Assembly (NCBI RefSeq): GCF_000372725.1
Contig: NW_005201298.1
Coordinates: 311,393-375,392, forward strand
From: Emiliania huxleyi CCMP1516
Taxonomy: Eukaryota
DNA length: 64,000 bases
Reading direction: 5' to 3'
Shown: positions 48,501 through 58,581 of the stretch, piece after piece
Layout: each line of letters opens with the position of its first letter
Position numbering within the stretch: position 1 is the first letter of the stretch
Notes under the pieces: generated by a model
What the model was told of the DNA's origin: nothing
Seen by the model: only the letters and a program-made list of their open reading frames with translations
Databases searched by the model: none
Made by a program: the position numbers and the translations under genes

Positions 48501-48746
48501 CAGCACGGTGTCCACCGGCAGGGAAAATCGGATGGCGGCGTCGGGGAGCGTCACAGCAGCGAGCGACGACGCGTGACAGTCCGCAGGAGAGGAGAGCGGC
48601 GGGGCGACGACAAGCCTCTGTTGGCGCTCATCAACCTGCTGCCACATGACGCGGCCGGTGCCACGCACGCTCCACCCGGTGCCGCTCGTGTTGACCAGCA
48701 CCTCGGCCTGCGTGAAGAAGGGCGCGTCCGCGGGATCGGCGAGCAT
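45573..48746 (-). CDS. Divergent PP4 regulatory subunit 3 (SMEK/Psy2-like), multi-exon; 3' end uncertain
   Basis: EVH1-like WSVRGTGRV..AMHF..VWEDI; FVFGALEHE; ALRRMQLLQD; CDVLSAVCSHDPSLLR; RDSLANSAVLSLLD. Confidence 0.65.
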
Positions 48747-49131
48747 CCGGCCGGAAGCGCGCTGGCTTGTGGAAGCAGGCCGGACTGCGACCAGAGGAAA
48801 CGCCCGGGCGTGGGAGAAAAAGAATTCGGTAAGCCTCTCACACGCATGGGGGTTTTTCTTTTTCTCTACCCCACAGTTCTGGGGTAGAGCCGTGGCGTCG
48901 AGCGCCCGCGGCCACTCCTTAACTTATACACGGCCACTCCTTTCTCAAGCTCTGGCTCTGGCGACGGCCGCATCGTACCGAGGCCACACCCTTGTCTCCG
49001 AACCGTCGGCGAACTTTCGCCCGCCGAGAACCGCCGCGCTTCGTTCAATAACGATGAAACGAAGCGCCATAATCAACACAAAATAAGCGTCGGGCGGGAG
49101 CACCGACAGCCCGCGGGGCGAGATCTGTTTT

Positions 49132-50358
49132 ATGTTCGTCGTCGCTACGCTCTCGGCCTCGCGCCAGGGCCACGCGTCGAGCCACGCGCGGCGGCCCGCG
49201 GAGCTGCTCTCTCTCGTGCGCAGCCCGCTCCCCGAGTACCACATCGAGGAGCACTACCTCCCCGCGCAGCACGATTGGCGCGACGTGGGTGGCAAGAGCT
49301 ACGTGACCGCCGATGTGAACCAGCACATACCCGAGTACTGCGGCTCGTGCTGGGTCCACGGGACGGTGGCCGCGCTCAACGACCGCGTCAAGGTGATGCG
49401 GGGCGGCGCCTTCCCCGACGTGATGCTCTCACGCCAGGCGCTGATCAACTGCATCCCCGACGACTCTCGCAACAAGTCCAAGCCGCCGCCCGGCTGCAAC
49501 GGGGGCGACGCGTGGATGGTGCACTCATACCTCACCAACAGCACGGTGGGCGACGAGACGTGCCAGCCGTACGAGGCGCGCAACGGCGTGTGCAACCTCG
49601 CGGGGGTGTGCCGCAACTGCGCGTCCGACAAGAAGGAGGGCTGCTGGGGAGTGCCTTCCTTCACCGGGTTCGGCGTGTCCGAGTACGGCACGGTGTCGGG
49701 CGAGAAGGCCATGATGAAGGAGATCCTCGCCCGTGGGCCCATCGTCTGCGGCGTCGTCTCCGACGGCCCCTTCCTCCACAACTACAGCCAGAATGCGGGC
49801 AAGCACGAGGGCGTCTACATTGACCGGTCGAAGCACACGCCCGACGACATCGACCACGACGTGTCGGTCACCGGCTGGGGCGTCACCCGCAGCGGCGTCA
49901 AGTACTGGATCATCCGCAACTCCTGGGGCACGTACTGGGGCGAGGGCGGCTGGTTCCGCCTCGAGCGCGGCATCAACTCGCTGATGATTGAGGAGCAGTG
50001 CGACTGGGCGGTCCCGAGCTTTGGCCAGCTCGAGGAGCGCCTCGACGGCCCTCGGGGCCTGCTGGGCGACTACAATGACGGGCTGCGCGCGACGAGCATG
50101 GACGCGTCGCAGCGGCCGACCCGCACCTGGCCGATTGGCTGGGCCGGCCTCAGCCTCCTGCAGAGCGAGCAGCCGTCGCTCTTCCAAGCGCCGCCCGCCG
50201 CGCCCGCCACCTCGAGGGTGCAGCTCCTCGCCGCCGGCGCCGCGGGCTTCGCGGTGGCCGTGGCCGCGATGCTCGCGGCGGGCGGCCACAAGTTCTGGGT
50301 GGTTCGGCGCCCGGTCAAGGAGGAGGAGGCGCTCACCACTCCGTATGCCGCGCATTGA
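49132..50358 (+). CDS. CTSZ: Cathepsin Z/X-like papain-family cysteine peptidase with C-terminal hydrophobic anchor
   Basis: NQHIPEYCGSCW; EILARGPIVC; DHDVSVTGWG; YWIIRNSWGTYWGE. Confidence 0.93.
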   Translation: MFVVATLSASRQGHASSHARRPAELLSLVRSPLPEYHIEEHYLPAQHDWRDVGGKSYVTADVNQHIPEYCGSCWVHGTVAALNDRVKVMRGGAFPDVMLSRQALINCIPDDSRNKSKPPPGCNGGDAWMVHSYLTNSTVGDETCQPYEARNGVCNLAGVCRNCASDKKEGCWGVPSFTGFGVSEYGTVSGEKAMMKEILARGPIVCGVVSDGPFLHNYSQNAGKHEGVYIDRSKHTPDDIDHDVSVTGWGVTRSGVKYWIIRNSWGTYWGEGGWFRLERGINSLMIEEQCDWAVPSFGQLEERLDGPRGLLGDYNDGLRATSMDASQRPTRTWPIGWAGLSLLQSEQPSLFQAPPAAPATSRVQLLAAGAAGFAVAVAAMLAAGGHKFWVVRRPVKEEEALTTPYAAH

Positions 50359-50780
50359 TCGCAACGCGCGCTTCCACCGGCGCTTCTTTTCTCGACCGGA
50401 GGGACACACGGCCGGGTGACACGCAACTACTCGATCGCGGATTGACCCCGGCAGCGCGGGCCAGGAGCCACGCGCGCACCCATGCAGGGGGGTGCGGGGT
50501 CTCTCTCACTCTCTCATCCAGAGCGCGACCGTCGCGCGCGTGCGGGCGCGGCACCAGCTGCACCAGCGACGCACTCCGCCGTATTGTTTTACGTATCGAG
50601 AAAAGAATTTTACCACCGAAAGTGGTCGCACAGGCACGAAAAAAAGCTCTTAAAAAGAAAAAAACCAGCTGAAGTTCGATCGCCAATCGCGGCCACCATC
50701 CTCGGTGCCACCGCTGCTTCTGCTGCCCGCGATCGTCCTGGTTTCTATCGCGTCCGTCAACTTCTTTTGACTCGCCTCTG

Positions 50781-53149
50781 ATGGCGACTCCGGCCGCCGC
50801 CAGCGACTGGATTCGCTACTGGGACGAGGCGTCCAGCGACTACTACTACCACCGGCCGGCGACGGGAGAGACGAGCTGGGAGCAGCCCGACCGCTGGATT
50901 TGCGGCGAGGGCTACGATTCGTCGGAGGACTCGGCACGCCGCTCCCGGGCCGGCAGCTCGCTCCCACTGGAGGACGAGGACGATGTCGACGCGCCCGAGG
51001 AGGACCTCTTTGTTGTCCGCGCCTCGCTCAGCGGGCCGCCGCCTCTTCCTGCCGGCGGGCCGCCGCCCCTCTCATTGGGTGCTCCGCCGCCGCTTCCTGT
51101 GGCGGCGGCAGAGCCCTCCTCGGCGCAGCGAGAGGAGCGACGCCGCAGGGTCCTGGGCGAGATCCTGTCGACGGAGCGGACGTATGTGGCCGCGCTCCAG
51201 ACGCTCGAGAAGGTTTACATGGTCCCGATGCGTATGGTCGCCGACGCGGGAGCGAAGGTTGCCATCTTTTCGCACGCGGACCTGGACACGGTCTTCCTTA
51301 ATCTGGACGTCCTCCTGAAGCTGCACGCCCGCTTTCTTGAGCGGCTCGAGCAGGAGGAGGCGAGCGGCCACTTTGGCGCGATCCTCTCGGGCGCGGCCAA
51401 GGACATCAAGGGCTGCTACACGAGGTACATCTCCAACTACGCGCAGGCGGAGGCGCACATCTCCGCGCTCGCGAGCAAGGCGCCCGACAAGCACCGCTAC
51501 CTCGAGGTGTGCAAGTCGCACCCCGACGCGGGAGGGCTCGACGTGCGCTCCTTCCTCATCCAGCCCATCCAGCGCGTGCCGCGCTACCGGTGAGCCCCTC
51601 CCCAGATGGAGCTCTGTCGACCTGCGCGGCCTCGCGCCACCCCGCTCCGCCGCGGCGGCGCCCCCCTCCCCGCAGGCTGCTGCTCGAGGAGCTGCTTGCG
51701 CACACCGAGCCGGGCCACCCGGACGAGGCGGACTTGCGGGAGGCGCTCGCCCGCATCCGCGAGGTGCCGCCTTCGCACGCCGACAAGGAGATGCGGCGAG
51801 CCACACCCCATCAAGCCTCCGTTCTGAACCCCGCCGCGCAGGTGGCCGCCTTCATCAACGAGGAGACGCGCGTGTCGGCCACGCTCTGCAAGCTGCGCGA
51901 GATCGCGCGGCGCTTCGCGCAGCCGGAGGCTCGGGAAGACGCGACCAGGGGGGGGGGGGGGCGCGCTCCTGCAGCACACGCGCGCCCTGACACGTCCGGA
52001 CGGCTGCGCCGCTCAGGTGCTCGAGAAGAGCCTCGTGCGGCAGGGGCGCGCCTTCGTGCGCGAGGGCGAGCTCACCAAGGTGAGGCTCGCGCACCGGCAG
52101 CGGCGCAAGGCCGTCCTCTCCTCCGCGTCCCGTGCTCGTCTCCCTCTGCGGCACGCGTCGGGGGGACGTGTCTTGGACGTGTCCTCTCTAGGTCTTCCTC
52201 TTCTCCGACCTGCTCGTGTACGGCGTGCCCACCGGGCGCGGCTACGTCCAAAAGGGCCAGATCCCCCTCGGCGAGGGGACGCGGGTGAGAGAGAGAGAGT
52301 CGCCGCGCACGCAGCACCCGGCGCACAGACACGTCCCAGACGTGCCGCCCCCCATCTCGCCCCCCCATCGCACGTCCCGTAGGTCGAGCGGCTGCCGCGC
52401 ACGGAGCACCTGACGCACGGGTTCGCCGTCGTCGACGGGCACGGCAAGGGGTACACGTGGCACGGCGAGTCGGAGGCCGAGACGGGGGAGTGGTTCGAGG
52501 AGGTGCGGCGGGCGGGGCGGGGCACGTCCACGACAACATGCACACCCGTCGACATGCACTTTGTCCATGTCCCACAGGTGCAGCGGGCGGTGCGCGCCTG
52601 CCAGCCGGAGCGGCGACCGAGCTCCTTCGACGCGGTCGCGGCCCTGTGTCGCGCCGGCTGTGGCCAACGCCACCGAGCGCCGAGTGCCCCGGTGCCCGCC
52701 CGTAGGTTGCGATCCTTGCGATGGTGGCGCGGAAGACGGCGCTCGAGCACTTCACGGCGGCCAAGGCGGGCTGCACGCTGATCAAGTTCAACCACCGCGA
52801 CGGCCGGTCGAGCCCCCGGTGGGTGCGGATCTCTGCGGACGGCAGCGCCATCTGCTGGGGCGACACCAAGTCCAAGGAGTGCAAGTCGATGATGGCGCTC
52901 TCCAAGGCGGTCGCGCTGATGCACGGCGCCAAGAGCGCGGCCTTCTACCGCGCGCAGGGCGCCAAGAAGGACCGGGACTGGCTCTGCTTTTCGCTCCTCT
53001 TCCGTGGGCGCACGCTCGACTTCGCGGCGACCACCGCCGAGGGGCTCTTCACCTGGTACCTCGCGCTGGCGGCGCTGGTCGGGCCGCGCTCGAGTGAGCC
53101 GATCCTCGACGAGGAGGCGCTGCGCGCGCGCGTCGCGGAGATGATCTAG
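50781..53149 (+). CDS. WW plus RhoGEF (DH) plus PH plus second PH-like domain protein, about 8 exons
   Basis: W..YYYHRPATGETSWEQP; EILSTERTYV; FLIQPIQRVPRY; VREGELTK..VFLFSD; PRWVRISADG..CFSL. Confidence 0.9.
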
Positions 53150-53690
53150 GCGCGGCCGTGTGTGGGAGCTCCCTTGGGAGGACTGGCACAGGCGTCAGGC
53201 GGTCTTAGGGAGAGGGGAGCGCGGGGGCGGGCAGAAGGGGGCGGGGGGGGGGGGGGGGCTGCGCGAAGTGCTATCAGGCCGTAGATGTGCGCCAGGGACG
53301 TGCGTAAGAGATAGCCCTAGAGATACGTGAGCCGTACGAGGTATGTGTGGCTACGGCGCAGGCCCGCCGCGGCTTCGTCTGGGGCTGCGCGGAGCTGTGC
53401 GGCCTCTTCGGAGAGTTTTCATTTTCTTTTTCGTTTTGATTTTGTCGTGTGTCATCTCCATGTCCATGTATGTACAACAATAACATCTCATGTCCTGCAC
53501 AAACAGTAGTCAGCACCTCGTGCGGCCCACACGTATAAACTCTCGTAATCCACCCCGCGCTCCGCCGCGGCTGCCGGAGAGCTGGAGGTCGCCACCCCCT
53601 CACTGTCACATCCTGTCACTTCTTCGCGCACCGGACCGCCCACCCCTAGGCCCACCCTCGCCCTCCCCGCATCGCCACACACTCAACACG

Positions 53691-54584
53691 CTAGTCTGCG
53701 CCCCAGCCCTCTCCCGGCCCGACCCGCCGGTTGATCGAGAAGTATCCCTGCTGCGTGCGCACCACTCTGATGGAGGCGCAGTTGCCGAAGCCGGCAAGCT
53801 CGTCCATGCTGTGCGGGAGCGAGGCCGATGTGAGGCCGAGTGGGGCCGAGTGAGGGAGGCTGGGTGGCGGCGGGGGTGGTGTTGGGGGCGTGCGGCCGAG
53901 AGGCCCGCAAGGGCTGTGGCGGGGAGTGAGGGCGAGGGACGTCAGCGAGGCCTGCCTGCAGAGAAGGTCGAGGGACTCGTCGGCCGCAGAGTCGCCCTCT
54001 GCGAGGGGCGGCCCCTCAGGCCCCTCGCAATAGAGCACTTCGAAAGAGCCGAAGGGCGGCTCGAGCGGCCCGAGCAACTGCAGCGGAGGCGCACTCTCGA
54101 GCGACACGCCCAGCGCCTGCCTCGGCAGCAGCCGCACGCCCCGGATCTTGAGGTCGACGGTCGCTGGCTTGCCCTCGCGGCGAGCAAAGGAGGTGACCAC
54201 GCGCTGCTGCAGCCGGTCGCCCTTGAGGTTGGAGAAGAGCGAGGTCGCCCACTCACGCGGCTCGTACTCGATCACATTCTCGATCGTGCCCTCTCTTTCG
54301 CTGATCCGCTGCCCGATCCGCGAGCACCGCACGAAAGGCCCCGCCTGCGCATCGAGGCCGAGGATATCGGGCGCGTCGGTGTACACCAGCTCCCAGTCGC
54401 CGCCAATGTCGGGGACGGCCTGCTGCGCCGGCGCGGCCTTTGCCAGCACGTCTATCGCCGCCGCCACCGCTTTTCGGTCCGCAGGCTTTGCAGAGAAGCC
54501 GCGGTCGAGCGGCGCGATTGCGTTTAGCAGCGCGGCTCTGGGAGTCGCGACAGCAACGGCGGCGAGCACGACGGAGAGCGCCAT
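53691..54584 (-). CDS. PAP/fibrillin family plastid lipid-associated protein
   Basis: Signal peptide; LLNAIAPLDRG; IGGDWELVYT; GSFEVLY; RVVRTQQG. Confidence 0.85.
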   Translation of the reverse strand: MALSVVLAAVAVATPRAALLNAIAPLDRGFSAKPADRKAVAAAIDVLAKAAPAQQAVPDIGGDWELVYTDAPDILGLDAQAGPFVRCSRIGQRISEREGTIENVIEYEPREWATSLFSNLKGDRLQQRVVTSFARREGKPATVDLKIRGVRLLPRQALGVSLESAPPLQLLGPLEPPFGSFEVLYCEGPEGPPLAEGDSAADESLDLLCRQASLTSLALTPRHSPCGPLGRTPPTPPPPPPSLPHSAPLGLTSASLPHSMDELAGFGNCASIRVVRTQQGYFSINRRVGPGEGWGAD

Positions 54585-54649
54585 GTCGGGGGTTCCCTCG
54601 CGGTAAATTTCCGCTTCAAGAATTCTGCTTCAAGAATAAAGAATTTTCG

Positions 54650-56570
54650 GATGAGCTCCATCGCACACGCACGATGAACTACAGGTAGTGGGGAAGGCAG
54701 CCTCGATTGCCATACAGACATGGGTGCGAAACAACGACAAGACCAAGGCACGGGCAGAGGAACGAGAGAAGAATATAGGGTGGATAAAGCGCCTGTTCAC
54801 GGCATGGAGGGTGAGCCACACCGAACGTACCGAGCGAAGGGCCGAGCGGAAGGAGGACGGGGAAGATGACTCAGAGGAGGACGAACCAGTGGAAATTCAG
54901 TCGTCAGATGTCACGATGCATCCGAAGGGGACCCCAGCGCCAGCATCATCCGTAGAGGCACGAGTGTTCGAAGAGAGAGTGGACCTGAGCAACAACATGA
55001 CGTGTAGGCAAATGATCGGAGTGGGAGTCAGAAATGTGGTCCTTGCGCGAGGGGAGCTTGATAGACTCGAGGGGCCAGGATACGCCGCGAGGAGGACGGA
55101 GTTGCGCAAGGCGAAAGAAGCCGCGAGAACAAGGGACCGGCAGGCGGCGGCGTCGCAGGACGAGGCAGAAGAGAACGACGCGACAGAGGAGGAAGTGACA
55201 AGGGAGAGACCGACGAGAGTGGGACGGCCGCGAGGTGGCATGAAGGTTGCAGCGAGAAGCGGCGAGAGACTGCGAAAAGAGATACGAAGAGGCAGACCCC
55301 CCAGGGTGGGCGACGGCTAGCGCACCACACCCTCCTCTCCTTAAAATCCCTGTGTGGTGGCGGCGTGCCGTTCTCCCAACCTGGTTTGTGGAGCTCCCAC
55401 ACATTACCTAGAGAGCACGGCATTCGGGGCCATGATCTCGGTTCCGCACTGGACTTTTTTTGTAGTGGAGAGAATTCAGGAATCTTTCTGCTCTGGCAGG
55501 CAGCTGCATCATCCCCCTTTACTTCAATCAGCTGTGTACACTCAAGTGCTAGTACTGTCTGAATAGCTGTCTAGACGCTCCGATTTTGCTGTCTGGACGC
55601 TGTCTGGACACTGTCTGGACGCTGTCTGGACGCTGTCTGGACGCTGTCTGGACATGGAAGATCGCGTGAGGTGTGAATAGACCTGCAGACAGGAATCATA
55701 CTCTGATACTCAACAACACGTCAGCCAAATGTGAGCGAAGATTCGCTGCCACTGTTGCTGCTGTTGCTTGGGCGGCGAGAAGCGCCGTGTTTGCGGCGTC
55801 TGTCGCGGAGGAGGGAGGGCGGTCCGGCGGCGATGGGAAAGGACGGCGTGGCGGCGGCGCAAGCGCGTTCGGTCGCGCGCGCCCCGAGGCCGCCGTCGTG
55901 GGTGCAGCGTGCGTGCCTGACTGAACTGCTGGGCTCGCGCTTTGCCCAATGCGCAGCGGCGGGTCGGCGTGGCTACTGCCGGCCCGCAGCTTCTTCATCG
56001 GCGGCGCGGGGCTCGCGGCTGCAGCATGGAACCCGACCAATGCGTGCCCACGCTTGCTCTGCCCTTTCCGCAGCATCGTTGCGACGTCGGCGTTGCCTTC
56101 CACAGTTGCCGCCACCGTTGCTGCTCTGACTCTTCGCGGGCACTTTTGGGGGAACCCTTCTGTGAAGAGGGCCTGTCTAGACAGCTGTCTAGACAGCTGT
56201 CAAGACAAAACTACAAGTTCAAACTTCAAGTTCTCAAGTTCTCTTAGTTCTGCTGTCTAGACGCACCCCCCCCCCCCAATGGCAAGTAAAGAAAGCGGCA
56301 TGTGGGTGGGTGGGTGGGTGGGTGGGGAGTGGCCTCGGCAGCGCCAGGGGTGCTGTCAGGGGTCGTCCAGCCACGACTACGAGACTTTACTGTGAATAGT
56401 GGAGCCATGTGCCACTGTCTGGACGCTGTCTGGACGCTGTCTGGACGCTGTCTGGACGCTGTCTGGACACTGTCTGGACAGGCTCAGGGCTGTCTAGACA
56501 TGTGTGGGAGCTCCACAAACCAGGTTTCCCATCCCTCCCTTGGGTTGTGTGTTTTCTTTCTTTCTTTCTG
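54650..56570 (+). mobile_element. 5'-truncated retroelement (ORF remnant 54688-55320) with family D tail, split by a DNA transposon
   Basis: Body matches 5827-5940; tail GCCGTTCTCCC|ATCCCTCCCTTGGG is rejoined after removing the insert. Confidence 0.65.
55378..56526. mobile_element. Non-autonomous TIR element with 4-bp TSD
   Basis: TIR AACCTGGTTTGTGGAGCTCCCACACA; TSD TCCC at 55374-55377 and 56527-56530; internal CTGTCTGGACG 11-mer arrays. Confidence 0.88.
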
Positions 56571-58014
56571 CACGATTCACACAAAAACACAAGGAAACCA
56601 AGACGCACAAGCTCAGACAGTCGAGAAAGGACGATTCACACAACAGGCAAAGCGCGGACGACGGCTTCTAATAATAGAAGCCGTCGTCCTCACAGATGGA
56701 TCGAGAGAGATCGGGTGAATGAGGAAGCGACGCGACTGATGCACAGCCTACGACCTAGTGTGGCGCGAAGGGGAGGAGAGGCGCGGCGGGGCCAGCGGCG
56801 AGTCCGGGTCCTGCTCCCCTCCCACCTCGTGGGAAGCAAGGGCTAGGTCCCCCCCCCGGAGGGTGGTAGACGATCGGCGCGTGGAGCAGCGGCTAGAACG
56901 GCCGCAGGTCATGGGGCCGCCCCCGAGGCTCCACACCAGGTGTTGCGGCCGCCAGTACCGCCACCGTACCCGCCCCCTCCGCCACCGCCTCCACCCCCGC
57001 CGCCGGCGTGGCCGCCACCGCCCGGACCCACACGAACCTTCATGGGGAACCCGGAGCCGCCCCCGTCGGAGGCTGGGCTACCCGAGGGAGGGGACCGAGG
57101 GAGGGGAGGTGCCGCGAGACGACAGCGGGTCTGTCGGCGAACCGGAAGGCCAAGACCGGAGGGCCCCGAGTGCGACCTGGAGTCAACTGTCGGAGGGGGT
57201 GAGAGTCGAGCTGGCTCGGCCAGTCGGCCTCTGCGCACTACGAGTGGAGAGTCGGGACATACGAGCTCACCGGGGGTATAGACCCGTCGCGGCGGCAGCC
57301 GGACCATCGTGAACCACGGCAAGGGGGCCACGCCTCCCCGAGATCGATGAGGAGTCGGCGGAAGGGGGGGGGCGAGCCGAGTACGATATTAATAGAGAGG
57401 CCGCGGGTGCGAGCGCGATTCGTCGACCAGGGACGGCAGGGAGCGATGACCCGTCCTCCCGGGGAGGGGCGGCGACACGACCCAACGCCGCCGCCCTCGC
57501 CCGGGGAGTTGGGCACGGGATCGCCATCGGCAGGGTCAACGGAATCAGGCAGAGAGGACGAGACGGCGACGGGGCCGCGGCCGAAGAAGTATAAGAGGGG
57601 AAGGCGGGCTCCGCAGCCGCTGCCCAACCAGCGGAAAGCGAGCCGGGAGGAGGACCGGGAGGAGAGGGGAGCCCCTCCGAATCGAGGGTGGGGAGGCCGA
57701 ACGGAGGGGCCCTGAGGGGGAAGCCGGTGGCGGCGATTGCGTCGAGGGAGCAGAGGCCGGTGACGGCGAGGCGACTGCCCGACTGACGAAGCGGGCGCCG
57801 CGGCCGGCGGTGCGGCAGAGGGCTGCAGCGGCATCGACGGCGAAGCAGCGTGCTGCGTCGACAGCGTGGCGCGCCGCGGCGACAGAGTTGGGGCCAGCGC
57901 AGCCGAGGCGAGCGCGGCCTGGACTGGCGGCGAGCGCGAGAGCACCGACGACGGCGACGGCAGCGCCCGTGATCGCGGCTCCGTGGGCGGCGAGGGCGAG
58001 CAGGAGCAGGCTCA

Positions 58015-58162
58015 CTCGGGATGTGAGGCAGCCCAGCTGAGTGTCTTGTGAGTTTGTGTGTCTGTGTGTCGCTCGCGCGTGTCGTCGTCTTCTGTCCCGC
58101 GTCCACCCATTCAGAACGCGTTGGTGTCCAGTCCGAGCTAGACTGTTCTTCACCTTTCTACC
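58015..58162 (+). mobile_element. Family B retroelement 3' end; may extend upstream to ~56700
   Basis: Matches 30619-30753 and 17440-17584. Confidence 0.75.
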
Positions 58163-58581
58163 TCACACGGACCACGGAGTGCTCCAGGCTCTGTCGCAGT
58201 CAAGATGTCATCGTCTGTATATCGGCCGGGTTCAGTCACGAGTGTAGAGGATGCAGAGTGGAGAGCACTCCGTGTGAGCTGTGAGCTGGTGTAGAGAGAG
58301 AGAGATGTGTTGAGCGCTGCAAGAGCTGTTGGTGGTGTTAGGTAGAGCATGCTGTAGGATGGACCTGACCACAGGGGGTGAAGTCTGTCTCGACTCTCGT
58401 CGTTGAAAATGCCGTGCGTGTTGGTCGGTTCTCCCTTCAGCCCCCCCATCCGCCCGACCCGGGCAGCGGCTAGAGCCGTACTGACCGGTAGGGGGCCCGG
58501 GTGTGGGAAACGCCCCGCGCCGCTAGATTAGATCCTAGTACACACCGTACCGCACCACTGCTTCACTGTCTCACCGTCTGA

